From NCBI GenBank assembly GCA_036514995.1, contig DATBWB010000166.1:3165-67164 (forward strand): a stretch of DNA of 64,000 bases, read 5' to 3'. The notes beneath the pieces were generated by a model, which worked only from the letters and a program-made list of their open reading frames with translations, made no database searches and had not been told where the DNA came from. This DNA comes from Candidatus Acidiferrales bacterium. Its GTDB lineage: Bacteria; Acidobacteriota; Terriglobia; Acidiferrales; DATBWB01. How positions within the stretch are numbered: position 1 is the first letter of the stretch; every line of letters starts with the position of its first letter. Of this stretch, positions 62,396-64,000 are shown one piece after another. Position numbers and translations under genes: made by a program.

Positions 62396-63990
62396 TGAGT
62401 CTCCGCGGCTGTGGGCACGGCAGGCTCAGGCAATGAGGGAGCCGTGACAGCCGGCACCGGCGGTGCAGGTTTGGCAGCGAGAGGGACGCTGTTGCCAGCC
62501 CGATAGAATTCCGGATTGACGCGCTGGACGAGCTGGGCTACCGGCTTGTCCAGGATGCGGAAATAGGGCTTGGGGTAAATCCCAATCCAGAAGGCCCAAA
62601 GGACCAGCGGTATGAGGGTCATGGCCTCGCGGAGATTGACATCGCGAAGCGCCACGTTGGCTGGATTCTTTACCTCTCCGAACATGGTCCTCTGATAAAG
62701 CCACAGTAAATAGGCGGCGCCAAGCACGATGCCGGCGACGGCCCAAGCGGCCCAGGTCTTGCTTACTTGCCAAGCGCCCTGCAAGATTACGAGCTCGCCA
62801 ATAAAGCCATTGAGCAAGGGAAGCCCGAGCGAGCTAAGCGTGATGATCATGTAGAGGGCGGCGAAATTGGGCATGGGAGTGGAAAGGCCCCCGAATTGGA
62901 CGATCTCACGAGTGTGCCGCCGTTCGTACAGCAAGCCGACGATCAAGAAGAGCGCCCCGGTCGAGATGCCGTGATTGACCTGCTGGAGAACACTGCCCGA
63001 GAGGCCTTGCGGGTTGAGCGCAAAGATGCCAAGCGTACAGAAGCCGAGGTGGCTGACCGAGCTGTAGGCAATCAGCTTTTTCATGTCTTTCTGCATCATG
63101 CAGACGAGCGCACCGTAAATAATGGCGACGATGGAAAGCGCAGCCATCGCCCAGACGTATTTTCGCGAAGCGGTGGGCAGCAAGGGCAACGAGAAACGAA
63201 TGAATCCATAAGTTCCCATCTTCAGGAGGATGCCAGCCAGGATAACGGACCCTGCCGTGGGGGCTTCGACGTGAGCGTCCGGCAACCACGTATGGAACGG
63301 GAACATGGGCACCTTGATGGCAAAGCCGACAAAGAAGGCCCAAAAAACCCACATCTCCCAGGTTGCCGGCAGAGAAACTGTTATCAGCTCGGTGTAGTCG
63401 AAAGAGTAGATACCCGTTTTCTGATGGTAGTTGAAGTAAAGAGCCAGGATTCCCAACAAAATCAAAACTGAGCCGACCAACGTATAGAGAAAGAATTTGA
63501 TGGCGGCGTACAGTTTGCGCTCGTGCCCCCAAACGCCGATGATGAAGTACATGGGAACCAGCATCACTTCCCAAAAAACGTAAAAGAGAACGAAATCAAG
63601 CGACATGAAGACGCCCAGCATGCCAGTCTGTAAGAGCAAAAAGAGGAAGTAGTATTCCTTGACGCGCTCCTGGATATACGACCAAGAGGACAGGATGGCG
63701 AGGAAGCCCAAGACGGTCGTGAGCATGATCAGCAGGAGACTGATGCCGTCAATGCCAAGGAAATACTTTGCGCCAATGGAGGGAATCCAGTCGAGTTTCT
63801 CCTGGAACTGAAAGTCCCCGACATCCGCCTGATAACGAAAGACGAGCGGCAAGGAGACGAGGAAGCCTACAAAAGCGGTAATATTCGCCAGCCAGCGAAT
63901 GGCCGCCTTGTTTTCGCGGCGCAAGAAGAGAATCAAGAAAGCGCCAACGAGAGGCTCAAACAAAACGACCGTCAAGAGATGCTCATTCAA
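62392..63990 (-). CDS. nuoM: NADH-quinone oxidoreductase subunit M (second copy), Pro/Ala-rich C-terminal tail
   Basis: FYVFWEVMLVPMYF and KVPMFPFHTWLPDAHVEAPTAGSVILAGILLKMG, with a tail AAKPAPPVPAVTAPSLPEPAVPTAAETH. The operon continues beyond the window end. Confidence 0.9.
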   Translation of the reverse strand: MNEHLLTVVLFEPLVGAFLILFLRRENKAAIRWLANITAFVGFLVSLPLVFRYQADVGDFQFQEKLDWIPSIGAKYFLGIDGISLLLIMLTTVLGFLAILSSWSYIQERVKEYYFLFLLLQTGMLGVFMSLDFVLFYVFWEVMLVPMYFIIGVWGHERKLYAAIKFFLYTLVGSVLILLGILALYFNYHQKTGIYSFDYTELITVSLPATWEMWVFWAFFVGFAIKVPMFPFHTWLPDAHVEAPTAGSVILAGILLKMGTYGFIRFSLPLLPTASRKYVWAMAALSIVAIIYGALVCMMQKDMKKLIAYSSVSHLGFCTLGIFALNPQGLSGSVLQQVNHGISTGALFLIVGLLYERRHTREIVQFGGLSTPMPNFAALYMIITLSSLGLPLLNGFIGELVILQGAWQVSKTWAAWAVAGIVLGAAYLLWLYQRTMFGEVKNPANVALRDVNLREAMTLIPLVLWAFWIGIYPKPYFRILDKPVAQLVQRVNPEFYRAGNSVPLAAKPAPPVPAVTAPSLPEPAVPTAAETH

Positions 63991-64000
63991 CCACTGGATC

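Overview
This is a gene-dense chromosomal core segment of about 58-60% GC (estimated by eye). It holds about 62 protein genes and one tRNA. It has no rRNA, CRISPR array, transposase or integrase. All calls rest on motif recognition in the supplied ORF translations and on reading the DNA directly; no database search was possible. The protein content (BshA, an Sm/Hfq-like protein, two nuo loci, FtcD-type histidine catabolism) suggests an Acidobacteriota-like Gram-negative organism, but that is only a guess.

Gene order, left to right:
- A 5'-truncated Cys/Met PLP enzyme, pgm/pmm, ftsB, a DUF1624-like membrane protein, a CPBP protease, thiG and an acyl-CoA synthetase.
- A folate-linked block: hutU, hutI, ftcD, then gcvT-gcvH-gcvPA-gcvPB.
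- A three-gene unit: basic Zn-motif protein, single-ring Clp-type ATPase, M48 protease.
- An ATL (alkyltransferase-like) gene, ilvE, an aquaporin, pilT, recX-alaS, and a lytic transglycosylase plus AMIN-amidase pair.
- tRNA-Thr(CGU), then a minus-strand yggS-yggU-SSS-M24 operon.
- tmk-holB, an Hfq-like gene, PaaI/SDR, bshA, an orphan LytS kinase, ribA and thiS.
- An 11-gene nuo operon.
- The tail of a second nuo operon (nuoM, nuoN) running straight into atpZ-atpI-atpB-atpE.

I found no clear novel multi-gene system of the defence-island kind. The points most worth a second look are:
1. An in-frame single stop codon lies between an HxxH...CxxC protein and a D2-only ClpA/C-type ATPase that has an IGF loop.
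2. The nuo operon lacks nuoB and nuoI and has nuoE fused to nuoF.
3. F0 genes are appended to the second nuo operon, and the c subunit carries a signal-peptide-like extension.
4. ThiS has a 20-aa tail after its Gly-Gly end, and the tail overlaps ribA.
5. An orphan promoter and terminator pair next to tRNA-Thr suggests a roughly 90-nt sRNA.
6. A 58-aa, 10-Cys protein is encoded divergently from the gcv operon.
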